Of a stretch of DNA of 64,000 nt, positions 39,700 to 52,044 are shown piece after piece. The DNA is taken from assembly GCF_000143415.4 (NCBI RefSeq), contig NW_003314299.1:808930-872929 (forward strand). Reading direction: 5' to 3'. The notes under the pieces were generated by a model, which did not search any database, was not told the DNA's origin, and saw only the letters and a list, made by a program, of their open reading frames with translations. The position numbers and the translations under genes are program-made. The DNA is from Selaginella moellendorffii (Eukaryota > Plantae > Lycopodiophyta). Each line of letters begins with the position of its first letter. Position 1 is the first letter of the stretch.

Positions 39700-41887
39700 C
39701 AGTTGATGGTAGCATTCATAACATGTGGTACAGCTCCTTCTGCTCTTAGTGCCAATCCTTGCGTTCGGCTAAAATTCTTTCGTAAAAATCCTAGAGATGA
39801 TATGTACCATTGGTTTGATCACGTCGTGGTGATTGCCATATATCATTCTTGGGATAATGTTTGATGTTTGCATGAGTTTCCCATGTGTCTCCAAAGGACG
39901 GCACTATAGTGGTACAATGGTTTGAGCACAACCACTTGTGGGGATTGGAGTGTTCTTTTAGACGTCTTCAAACACGCATTCGGATATGTTAATGATTGTG
40001 ATGATGCCTTCCAACAATTGCATCATCTTCATCAAGAGTCATTTGAGTTAGTGATGCTGTTTGGTGTTTATTTCTAAAGCCTCTTGTTTCATGCAAAGCC
40101 AAATATATCGAAGTGGATCAAGTTAGGAATGTTGTGGCCAACCCTTCGTCAAGATCTTGTTGGATTTGTGCATGCATTTATTCTAGCCACTATTGACAAT
40201 GCTCTTCACTTGGCACAATATTATGAGATGTCGCCTCTTCCACTTTTCACTATATGTCCTTCAGCTCCACTTTTTGTAGGCAATGGTCATGTTCCAATGG
40301 AGGTTGATGTTGCTATTGCTCAAGTCCAAGGATAAGGGCGAGGACATAGACATGGTCATGGTCATGATATTCATTATTGTATATGTGATGAAGTTGGTCA
40401 TACTTATCGGTGTTGTCAGTGTTTTCCAAATTGGTGGCCTCCGTGGAGACCTTGGTGTCAATAACGTCTTGTTGGTGCTGCTATAGTGGAAGGTTTGGAC
40501 ACCGAGATGTATTCGGGAAACAATGAATCATGCGAGTAACAAAGGGACTTTGTGCGAATAAGTTAGTGACATTTCCATTTTTCTTTCAAGAGTATTATCA
40601 AAGGGTTCACTTGACATTAGTTCATTTAGTGTTTACTTTTCAAGCTCATTTTTATAACAAGAGGTCTCCTGTTATTTTTTTCGTGCTGGTTAATATAGAT
40701 TTGAGTTTATTTTCTATTGCTCGACTTGTTGCCACATATTGCCGTCTACACTTGTGTTATGCAGTGGAGCCAGTTTTTATTCTTTATGGCAACGGCCATA
40801 CACATACATGTGCATAAGATGAGGCAGACTTAGTTGTGCATGTGGGCGATCTCAAACTTATATTGCAGTCATTGTGAGTGGTGCTGAGTTAAACTTTTGA
40901 CCTCATCCTTGGTATGGATTAGTTGCAGTATAATCATGCCAAGTGTGACTTTAAGGTTTCTCTCCTTTGTCTCATACTTCTTTATGTTTCATCCATTCTT
41001 TTCACTTTTATACCTCTTTGTCCTTCTACTTCTACTTCTACTTTTATTACTTTTTTCTCCCCACTACTTCCTCCTATGTTTCTGTCTTGTTCCACTCTTC
41101 CCATTTTTAATTCCTCTGATAGTCTTTGTGTTGTAGTAGTTGACTGGCTTATGAAGGAGTATACCAATATCTTTGAATTTGACCTATCGTCTAAAGCCAA
41201 GATGTAAGCTCCTGAATTTGGACTTCCTAGGAGGTCACCCAACTCAGTACTATTCAAACCCAAGGACGCTTAACCCCAAATATCCCAAGACCCTTAACTG
41301 ATTGGAAAAGGGGATGCACTCTTGTTCATGGGCCCTTTCCTTCTATATTTGAATCCCATGGATCGTCTCTCGAGTCGTTCTCTTTGGTTGTTTACACAAG
41401 ATTGCCACACATCATCTAATTCCAACCGGGGATGCTCATCGAATTAAAGTTCCTATTCATCGTCAGTCACCTAAAAAGATCAAGATTTTATGTGTAAATG
41501 TTAAAGAGATGTTGGAAAAGGGTGTTATTCGAAAGTTGTGGAGTCCTTGGGCATGTGAACCTCATCTTGTGATGAAGCCTGATAGGAGTATTTGTTTCTA
41601 CATTAACTATCATCCATTAAACAAAGTGATGGTCCCAGATATGTGCCCTCTTCCTCACATTGCTAATCTCTTGGATCATCTGGGGAGAAGTCATTACTTC
41701 ACTAAGTTAAATCTTGCTTTTGGGTACTAAAAAGTACTAATGGCCAAAGAAGATATTCTTAAGACTGATTTTCATATACTATTTGGTTTGTATGAGTTCT
41801 TCGTGATGCCATTTGATTTGAACAATACTCCAGCAATTTTTCAACAAATGATGGACGAGGTTCTTTGAAATATGCCAAAGGTGACTG
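39700..41887 (+). mobile_element. Degenerate Ty3/gypsy element (gag with zinc knuckle, RT N-terminus)
   Basis: CYICDEVGHTYRCC knuckle ~40376; RT segment MLEKGVIR...SPW...KPDRSICFYINYHPLNK...PLPHI.NLLD.LG.S.YFTKLNLAFGY; many stops. Confidence 0.8.
41203..41396. mobile_element. 194-bp solo LTR with 5-bp TSD CAAGA inserted in gypsy pol
   Basis: TGTAAG...TTTACA flanked by CAAGA (41198-41202, 41397-41401). Confidence 0.85.
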
Positions 41888-44800
41888 TGTAAACCACAAA
41901 TTTTTCCTTTCCAATTTGTTAGCTTACCACATTTATCAGAACAACACTACCTTGGCCTTAGTTAAGTTCCCTTGCCAAGGTTCCTACCTATTGTACTAAC
42001 TCCTACTTGGTCCTATTTAGTTTCAGCTACTCATTGCACGAGCAATTGAGCATTAGCCATTCATCCATGGATTCCCAAACTCCTTCAACAACACCTCCAT
42101 TTCCACACTAAATTTACCAATCCTTCTATTGTGTACATTAACTATTTCATGTGAGGCAACTAGTCATCCACCCATACTGCAGTCCCACAATGGATACCTT
42201 CGTCTGTGAATACTCTACACAAAAGGAAGGACATATGCATAGATGCCCAATATGTATAATTTCAAATTTAGGGGTAAAAATATACCTTGCTCAAGGGTAT
42301 ATTAAATTTTTTAAGTAGCTACTAATTAATAAGAATCGAAACCGTGCCATTTGCTCCGATACCACATATAGCACACCTTATCTTTCTCCCCTTAAGCCAA
42401 CTGAAAAAGGGGTAATTGCTTGATGAGAGAACCCTTAATATCTATTGTATCCCCATTTATCCCTCAAGGTTCCAAGGATCCACAGTGACAATATATCCAA
42501 ATCTCATTCTATGATCATATGTGCTACACCGGCCAAGAGCACATGACAACAAAATATAGGTGTCCCTATACCCCTCCCCTCACCACACTCTAGTATGGGG
42601 TTGGGACTTGAACCTAACCTTGCTTTACTAGAGGGTTGGGATTCGAACCCAACCTCTATAGAACTATGTGGGGAATCGGGTGTAGTTCCCTACACCTGGT
42701 CAACCTAGCTAACCCATGCTAATTAGCTTACCTTTGGCATGCTTTCGGGTCCTAACATACGACATTGCTCAATTTCTCAAAATAGATTCTTTAATTGAAT
42801 TTTGCATAAGTATATAGATTTTTACCTTGCAAAACTTCCTCCACTAAATTCTATGCGTTCGCTAAGTTCTCCTTCGATTCTCATGTTGCTTCATAGTGTA
42901 AAAATCCTTTCTACTTCACATGGAACTCCCTCACCTCGCGCTCTTGTCGCTTGCTCTTGCATGCATTAAAAATGGCCTCGACTTTGTGTTCCTCTTCCCT
43001 TTGGATAACTGCAAGTAAAGGTTTTACTTGGTCTTTGCGAAGCAGATCCTCAAAGTATGGCTTGAATATGTTCACATGGAACACATGGTGCATCTTCCCC
43101 ATCTCTTGAGGAAGTCGGAGGCAATAAACTACGTTACCAATTCGTGCCTCAATTTCGTAAGGCCTTGTGAATCTGCTGAAGGAACTCAAGATCAATTCAT
43201 TTCCAGGAATACATGCATTTTACCTTTGGGTTAGATTTCGGCTGATCCCATTTGGTAGCCTTAGGTTCTTGGTGTTCAGCCACACCTTCTCTCTAGGTTG
43301 AAATTTTACATCTCGGCGCTTTTGGTTCACATACTTGGTTTGCCTTTGTTGAGCCCGTTCCAAGGAATCCCTCACTAGATTCCAAATGTTAAATCTTTCC
43401 GCCGTGAATGTCTCCATTGCAAGTAACTCTCCATGATACTTGGCCATGCCGAGTTCCACAGGACCTTCAACAGCTCGCCCATTGATGACTTCCCATAGAC
43501 TCACCCCGATGCTCGAGTGTGGTGAGTTGTTATAACATATTTCCACAAGTCCCAAATGACTTACCTAATCAATTTAGTCTCTGGAGACATAGGATCACAA
43601 ATAATCCTTTAGCTGCCTATTCACCCTTTTGTTTGTCCGTCTGTCAAGAAGTGTTAGTGCCATCAAACTTGACTTAATACCCAATACCTGTTTATAGGTG
43701 ATAGGCTGTACTAAATTTTAACTTGGTGTAATACTGTTTTAGGAGAGTTTTCTAGAACCTACTAGTGAAGATTTTATCTTGATCTGAGATAATCTCTTTT
43801 GGCCTTCCTTACACTTGAACCACTTGTTTGAAGAACAACTTCGCCACATCTTCCGCATCCACTTTCGTTGTGGTGGGTATGAAATGTGCCATCTTCGAAA
43901 ATCAGTCCACCACCATGAATATCACATCAAACCCTTCACTTGGGGGGAGTCCTATGATGAAGTCCATCGTAAGACATTTCCATGGACGATCTGAAATTAG
44001 AATGCTTTATAATAAGCCCCCACAAACTTTAGTCATGACTTTGACCTACTGACATGTTGGACATGTCTTTACATAGTCTTGGACGTTTTTAGCCATATCT
44101 GGCCAGTGATACTTCCTCTTGAGTAAGCACACAGTCTTGGGCACTCTATCGTGTCCCGCAAAAGGTCTATCATGACACTCTTCCAAAATTACCTTCCTTA
44201 GTTCCCTTTCTGGAACATATACCTTGTTTATTTATAATAGATGAGTCCAATGTGTTTCACATAACCTATTTTATCTTCCGTTGGTAGCTTACCTCTTTGT
44301 TGAGCTTCTTGCACCTCTTGGTTCCTTAGCAACACTTCTTGTGCTAAATCGTCATTCTCATATGATGTCCACACATCATCCCAAAAGGTTGATGTTGTGC
44401 TGGATATCACCAACTTCAAGCTCGTTTTTTGACTTAGAGCATCTGCCACGATGTTGCTCTTCCCAGGTTTATACAGAATTTCGCAATCAAACTCAGCCAA
44501 AGCATTAACCCACCGACTTTATTTCCCTCTCAAGTTGGGTTGTGACAAGAAGTGTTTCGTTGGCACATTATCTGTGTAAACTTTGAAGTGTCTCCCAAGG
44601 TAATGTCGCCACTCCTTAAGTGCCTTAACCACTGCAAACAATTCCTTCTCGTGGGTAGGCCACTTTCGCTAAGCTTTGTCCAACTTTTGTGAGAAGAATG
44701 TTATTGGATGGTTGTCTTACTTTAACATTACGCCCAATGCAAAGTCTGAAGCATCTGTTTCTACTTCAAAGTCTTTACCAAAGTCTAGTAATGCCAATAC

Positions 44801-45600
44801 GGGAGCCTTCTTCAACTTCCTTTTGATGTGGACAAATGTTGTCTCGCATTCCGAGCTTTCTTGCAGTTTACGAAGCAATATATCTGCTTGTGTATGGTGA
44901 ATAGCATGATTACCATCTTCCCTTTTCCCGTTTGGTTTGTTAAAGGTAGGGCCTCGAATAGTGTTTGATAAACTTTTGATAGTAGTTCCATAGCTCTAAA
45001 AATGCTCTTAACTCGTGTACATTTGATGGTTGTTCCCATTCATGAATGGCTTAAACCTTCTCAGGGTTCACCTTGAGCCCGTCCTTGCCCACCACATGCC
45101 TAAAAAACTTTACCTTTTATTAAGCAAAGTCATATTTGCTCTCTTTAGCATACAGTTGGTGTTCCCTTAGTTTCTCAAACACCTTTGTCAAGTGTTTGGC
45201 ATGCTCCTCTAGCATCTTGCTATAAATCAAGATGTCATCAATATAGACGACCATGAAATGATTCAGATAGGGTACAAAAATGAGGTTCATTAGTGCCAAA
45301 AACATTGCTAATGCATTGCATAGCCCAAAGGGCATTACTAGAAACTCAAAGCTTCCATACCTTGTCCAATATATTGTCTCCTCGACATCTTCCTCTACTA
45401 CTTAATCTAGTAGTATCCTGACCTTATGTCGATCCTTAAGAAGTATTTCATCTTTCCCAACCTATCAAATATATCCTCAATCCTTGGTAAAGGGTATTTG
45501 TTTTTCTTTGTATACTTGTTGAGCAATCGGTAGTCTATACACATATGCATAGATCCATTTTTCTTTTTCACAAATAACACCGGTGTGCCCTCAAGTAGAA
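41888..45600 (-). mobile_element. Ty3/gypsy chromovirus-like element, 5'-truncated: RT-RNaseH-integrase-chromodomain-3' LTR
   Basis: MPFGLCNA...VVYIDDILIYS (RT); FEVETDASDFALG and AEFDCEILYKPGKSNIVADALS (RNase H); integrase; PYEI..RIG.V.Y.L.LP...HHVFHV and chromodomain E.KVEAI...EFHVK; LTR TGTTAGG(42757)...TTACA(41888) with internal foreign sequence. Confidence 0.85.
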
Positions 45601-45749
45601 AACTTCATAGGATGGGGAAGTGGAGTTGCATAATATATGCAACGCAAGGTGTCGGAGATACTTAGGAAATTAAGGAACCAACTCGCCGAGGTGTCGTAGG
45701 CTAAAGGATCCCCGAAAGCATGACCAAAATGACAAAGAGTTCATCGGAT

Positions 45750-46020
45750 GGGACCGAGTCGAAGATCGAGTCCAAGACCGACTCTGAGACCGAGTTCAAG
45801 ATAGAGTCCGGGATCGAGTCTGAGACCGAGTTCGAGGCCGAGTTTGAGACAGAGTCTGAGATCCAAATCAGGTTCGAGATCGAGACCGAGTTCGAGACAG
45901 AGTCCGAGATCCAAATTGGGTCCAAGACCAAGTCCGAGGTCGAGTCCAAGATCGGGTCCGAGATCGAGTCCGAGACCGAGTCCGAAGTCGGGTCCGAGAT
46001 CGAGTCTGAGACCAAGTCCG
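45750..46020. repeat. Degenerate 6/12-bp tandem repeat (GAGACC/GAGTCC/GAGATC units)
   Basis: Visible tandem array; produces the low-complexity E/S/T ORF 45720-46025. Confidence 0.85.
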
Positions 46021-47512
46021 GGTAGGGACTGTAGGGGGTTCCAAAAGTATAGTAGGGATAGTGAGGTCCAGGAACTAGTTTTGAAGGAACTCTCCAGTGG
46101 GGTTTCCAAACTGACTTGAGGTTGAGACTGGGACCGAGGGGCCTTGGGTGGGAGTGAGCATGGACTTGGCTGGTGCTGGAGGGGCCATCCAAGGAAGTGC
46201 TCAAGAGTAGCTCCCACTCCCAAAAGGGAAACTGACTGCGGTGCTCCCGGCTCATATGGAGTGGTGTCCCACCTGAGTACTATGCGGCTCATTGGTCCTC
46301 GCCCTTCCTAGGGGCTTGGACCTTCCCTTCGGGATGGAAGTGGGGGGGTAAAGGTACCCATACCGGGCTGTTAGGCCACGGTGTTTCGCCCCGGCGTCCC
46401 GAAGTAAGTGTTGCACCCAAGACTTGGGATTTAGAGGGTCCTATGATCAAGTCTTGTGGTACCAAGGGATGTTAGGAACCTGGAAGCTTGGTGTGCTTGG
46501 CTACTTGTGCTTGTGGGGAGTGTAGCTGAACCTTAAGTCCAGTCTAACCCGGGGAGGGGGATTGGGAGAGATTTGGGAATCTGTGGATGGATGGCTAACA
46601 CTCCGTTGCTCATGTAGTGAGTAGCTGAAACTAAGTAGAACCAAGTAGGAGCTGGTACCATAGGTGGGAACCTTGGCAGGGGAACTTAGCAAAAGCCAAG
46701 GCAGTGTTGGACGGATAAACGAGGTGAGCCCGGGTAGGTTTTGAGCTCATGAGCTCACGAGCTGAGCTCATGAGCTGAGCTCACGGCTTCTCAAACACAA
46801 GAAAAACATTGGTTCGTCCCGAACCAACATCTTTCCATTTTTCAAATTTTGATTTAATCTATATTTCCAAGTAAATTCGACCAATAAAATACAAATATAA
46901 ATATAGATCCGAACACTAAAAGCAATCTAAAAACACTTCTCAAGCTCCGCAACTGTAAGGCTTGCCTGGTGGATGTGATGGTCAATCTTAGGATCTTGGT
47001 TTAGTTCCTGCATAAAAATGTAATAGATGTGCTTGTAGGCTAAATATACCTTTCCGCGCACGGTTTGGTTTTTCCGCGCACGAACCAACCTTTTCAAGCT
47101 TGAGTCTCTCTCACTCGTCACAAAAGAATGAAACTCTCTTGAAGGGAAGAGAGCATGGAGATGAGAGGGAGAACAAAAAATCAATGTTACAACTTTTGTG
47201 ATTGATTGGCGCTTTTCACTCATAACCACATTCATTTCAACATTATTATTCCTCTCACAATCAATTATACATATCTTAATATCTAAAGCATTGAATGATT
47301 GTGTCTATTGATCACCATCAAAGAAAATGAAAATCATGGCCATTGATCGTGACTGTTGATCGCGTCCGTTGATTTTTAGGGTTTTACGCCTAGGGTTTGA
47401 GCAGCAAAGGGCGAAAGAAAAGCGCGCTTGAGCAGGGAAGGGCGAGAGAAAGGCGCTTCAATCAAGCAATGTGCTTCAAGACGCTCCTCAAACAAGGTAT
47501 GCTTCCTTGAGA

Positions 47513-48044
47513 AGGTCGGTTCGCGCGCGAACCGACGTCTCCTCACTTTCTTTCTTCCATTAGAAGTTTCTATTTTCTCAACTTTTGTTTTCTCTTGAGG
47601 GATAGAGATGTCGGTTCTTGTGCGAACCAACATCTCCTAGCATTCTATTTCATTTTCTGTTTAGCTTTTTGCCCATCTCTACCTCGTGTTTTTTTTTTTT
47701 TCCTTGTTGAAGGGGTGGGAAAGATCGGTTCGCGCGCGAACCGACGTCTCCCCACCTTCATTTTTTCTAGAAGCAAGCTTTCTTGATTTTTTTCATGTTT
47801 CTAGTGGTGAGATTTCTATATTTTAGAAAACAGAGAGAGATTGAAATGTCGGTTCTTGTGCGAACCAACATCTTCAAGGTTTTTTTTTTTAATTTCATTG
47901 ACTTGATGGGGGCATTTCATTGAAAATTAGAGGGTGGAAGATGTCGGTTCTTGCGCGAACCGACCTCTCCCGTATTCTTGTTGTGTTTTTCCTTTTTCTT
48001 GAGAGGTAGGGTGAGGTCAGTTCTCGCGCGAACCAACCTCTCCC
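47513..48044. repeat. Array of six ~30-bp palindromes (gtcGGTTC-ttg/gcg-cgc-GAACCgac) upstream of the ParB-MTase gene
   Basis: Copies near 47515, 47610, 47725, 47848, 47943 and 48016; looser copies at ~46810, ~47065, ~52113, ~52189, ~53283 and ~53347. Confidence 0.9.
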
Positions 48045-48186
48045 AGTGACTTATGTTTTTTTCCTTTGCATTTCTTGTAGTTTACAATCTATTTTTCACA
48101 TCTTTTACTTACAAACTTTTCTTGTGAGAGCAGATATAAATCAAGCTTGACTGCTTGAAACTTCCAACAAGGGACTTGAACTTCAA

Positions 48187-51100
48187 ATGCCACAGGTTTG
48201 CTTTACATTACAAGTTAGATGTTTTAATAGTTTTGTTTTTTATTTTAGAGGAAGCGCCGAGGCCAACCTCAATGGTCTCGATCTCCAGGAAAAGGCAGCC
48301 GCCTTGATCGCTGTGGGCTTGGCCGATTGAGTGGAGATTCATCTCAAGTATCCAATGAAGTTTCGGCTAGTCATGCTGGAGGCAACGATGAGTATAACAA
48401 TGACGTGGATGTTGAGATGAACACTCAAATCGATGTTAGTGTTAGTGAGGCTGTTGGTACTGGTGCTCTTGAGGCTACGGGTACTGGTGGTGGGGTACTT
48501 GCATCTGATGTTGGCGGTGGTGGGGGTGCTATGCCTTCGGTTGCTGAGGCTGCTCGCGGCCAAGTCAATGAACCAGCTGAGGACGTTATTGGTAGCGTTG
48601 TAGGTGGATCTACTACAGAGGCTACTGGGGGCATGGTAGCTGCTCCTACTGCTCCTCAGGCTGGTGGTGCAGGGGGAGCTAATGGTGGTGAGGGATTATG
48701 CATGCATGATTCTGACACCATCTTGAATGATCGTGTTCGGGACACAATTATCCAAGCTCAAGAACGGACAGTCAGTAAAGTGTTACAGGAAATGGCGTGG
48801 AATGGCCCTCATCGATTTCTAGTTCCTTTGTGCCGATTGGTTCAAAGCCATTGGGTGCGCTCAGCTTACGACCTCAACATGGCTATCTACAGCTCCTTTG
48901 CCGAGGTCGGGTTTGGGAGCACAGCTGGTACCTTCATCGTTTCACCAACTTTCCCTGGAACCGGCCGGACAGAGTCAGTGACTACTGAACTTGAGGAAAA
49001 ATGGGATCCTATATGGCTGCGAAAGTCTCGTGAGTTTGATGGATTCTTAGGACAACATGTGGAGACAGCAGGGTTCATTGGAAAGCTCTTTTGGGTGATC
49101 GATGGAAACCATAGGTGGCTGGCATTTTGGAAGTGCATTCAAGAGAAGTTTCGAGATGACAAAGAACGACACATTAGTGTTCCAGTCACACTTGTCGAAC
49201 CAATGACTCGGGAGCATACTGTGAAGCTCAACATGGCATGCCATAAGATCAACATGTAAGAATTTATTTTTTGTAAACTTAGCTAATATCGTGTTTTTGC
49301 AGGCTAAACCAATTTGCGTTTCAAGCTCATACATTGGTACATGACATTGAGCACCTTCGGTTTATGGGCATGCTCTCGCTAGAGGAGGTCCAAACGTTGT
49401 ACAATCATGAGGTATTTGAAGCAATTCGAGTGAAGCTAGCAGCTAGGAAAGGCCAAGAATTGCAGACTTGGTACCAACTACCACTTGATTTTCTTGTTGC
49501 TGTCTGGGCGAAGGTAAATTATTATTGAAGTATGTATCAACTTACATAATGTTTCTTGCAGCCCATAATCAAAGGAGAAAGAGCGTCATTCTTTAAAAAT
49601 GCCCGAGGGGACGAGCAGCAGAAGGAGATGGAGTGGCATGCGATTGAGCAGCGAATTTTGAATACGAAGAGAACAAAGGTGAAAAAATTGCTCTCGATTG
49701 CAGACATACGACGCGGGCAGGAATGGCTTGATAGCATTGCCGAAATTTGTTCTCGCGTTCATAAGTTCTTATAAAATTTGTGAAACATTTCATAACTCTT
49801 TGTGTGTGTAGGAACTGGTAAAGCACCGGAGGAACTCATTTACAACATCTCTAAGAGTAAAATATCCTTTCCTGAACAAAGTGTCTGCTTGGAACTTCTC
49901 AACACTTGGTTACGAAATAACGAAAAACGCTGCGAGATAAGGATGGAGAAGGTGATGAAGGAGAAGGCGTACATTTCTCAGAGTATTGCCACTGGTGAGG
50001 AGATGCTACAAGTCTGGGATGAGAAGTTTCTTTCCAGCACCCGCACAGGTATCACTCTCGAAGAATATATTCGTGCTTGTCTTGCGGAGCTAGGGAATGG
50101 TTGGCTTCCACGTGGTGGGACGAGCTCGGCTGAGTTCAAGAACCAACCAGGACAACCATTTCTTGCGAGGTGCATGGTTTACAGGTATTTTTTCAATTCT
50201 CATTTATATATTGGTATTTATATTTTTGTTTTACTTTGTAGATATTTAAAATATAGCCCCGGCGCACCGGTATACACAACCGGTGTTTTGCAGAAGCTCT
50301 TGACTAGAGGCAAGAAGCTTGGGATGTATGAGCCAGAGTTCTACTGTCCTTGTACACATGAGAGGGAGCTATGCCCGTGGTACCTTGAACTCGTGGAGCA
50401 AATGCCAACATCGGACTTCGAGCTAGATCTCTACCTTGAATGTCATCCAGGTTCACTTGAAACTCAGCACTTAGCTAGGAAATATTAACCTTGAGTTATA
50501 TTCTTATTTTCCAGAGGCTCTTTCTGACTGTGATAACGACGTTGTTGAAGTTCAACAACTAAACCTAGGAGTCAGCACTCAGGAAACCATTCAGGAGATG
50601 CCAAATCCAAATACCGTTGAACCAGAGGAAACTGTACAGGAAATTCCAGCACAAGAGATTCCAGTACCTGCTCCTCGCAACCCCCGAAGGGGCCGTCATG
50701 AAGCCTTTCATGAGAGTAAGGACTTTGATTTGGAACATTCTTTTATTCATTCTTGACTTCACTTTTTTTTTTATAGATGTTGCAGAGAGCAGCCATCAGT
50801 CTTTTCGGCGGACTAAAACATTCTTCCCATCCCTCCCTACGGCTACAGATGACGACCTAGAAGAGCTCTCCTCTGCAGCGATGCATAAACAGGTTAGTAA
50901 GCATGAATTTTATCTTCAACTTTTAGTTCTAATAATTGATTTTCAGGTTCGCCCTCTATCCCCAACGGCCAGTGTTGGGGAAGTTGCTATTCTCATTGGG
51001 GATTACACACAGCTTTTAGATGCTACTAGTCGGGAGCTCTACATGCTTGATCGGTGGATCCATGGTTTGGGTCAGCTCACACCTTATGGGAAGATCGATT

Positions 51101-52044
51101 TCATCTTTTTTGATCTTCCCGATGGGATGGCACCACCGCAGGGGGATACTCCGTCATGGAATGTGTTGCAGGCCCAACACATTTCCCAAGCCTTAAAGGT
51201 TGCGAGCAGCTTCATGACATACGAGGGTGTGGTTGTCATGATCCTTCCTCGCTCTCTAATGTGGGAAGGCCTTCTCGCACACTTGGCTGACAACGATGAT
51301 GGATTTGTTGAGTTTTCATCTGGTTGCCTTCTTTCAAGTATGGCGGTGGACATAAAAGGCACTAGCAGGCAGACGCGAAAGGTGTGTGACTTCTTTATTT
51401 ATAAATTAACTCTATTCTATTTTTTTTTCCAGATTTATTCCTGGAACTACCATGCTCTATGCCACATTGGGAACCGGCGTAATGCCACACGAGCTGACGA
51501 GCGTGCTGCTCTTGCTTTACCAGGATATGACAGCTCTACAGACATCATCCCAAATGTGATTGACTCGGACGTTCTTCACCCAGCGTTCCCTGGTTATCGA
51601 CATCGTTCAGTCACGGCCATGCAAATCTTGTTGGAGTTATTTTGTCCGCCAAAGGGGATTGTGCTTGATGCTACAGCAGGATTTGGATCAATGGTGCAGG
51701 CAGCAAAAGAGACAGGCCGAGCGGTTTTTGCACTTGAGAAGGAGGGTGCCTTTGAGGACATTCTTAGGAGATTTTGCGACAGGTGATGTTAGTGCTTGAA
51801 ATAATCTATAATATTTATTCTCAAATGTTTCTATTTTATTAGGTCTACACTTATCACACACAGTGTTTCAGTCCACACGCTTGATCTTGATGATATGGAT
51901 GATCATATGGACCGAAGTCAATTCCACTTACCTATTTATGCTGAACGTATGGCACAACATTACATACAACACGAGCCTATAGTGAAGGAGCATTCCACTA
52001 TACCCATTTCTACTTTTCTGGATATGGAAGCAGAAGAAGATTGA
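48187..52044 (+). CDS. ParB/Srx-like domain fused to beta-class N6A/N4C DNA methyltransferase-like domain (~11 exons)
   Basis: ATG CCA CAG|gt...ag|RKRRG (NLS-like); FWVIDGNHRWLAF (ParB/Srx motif); IDFIFFDLPDG (motif IV position) preceding RHRSV..MQILLELFCPPKGIVLDATAGFGSMVQAA..TGR.VFALEKE (motif I); acidic last exon ending TGA 52044; TATA-like at ~48135. Confidence 0.8.

Noticed and set aside
45701-46292. Protein-coding genes in the E/S/T- or D/L/G-rich ORFs
   Set aside because: By-products of a stop-free hexamer tandem repeat.
41888-46725. One large element with long inverted terminal repeats (41888-42085 vs 46570-46725)
   Set aside because: These are related LTRs of two separate retroelements in opposite orientation; the right one continues at 52310 into a PBS and gag.
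47513-48044. CRISPR array (palindromic ~30-bp repeats with spacers)
   Set aside because: Eukaryotic context, no cas genes, repeats alternate between variants, and spacers are uneven, T-rich and partly similar to each other. Better explained as subterminal/promoter repeats.
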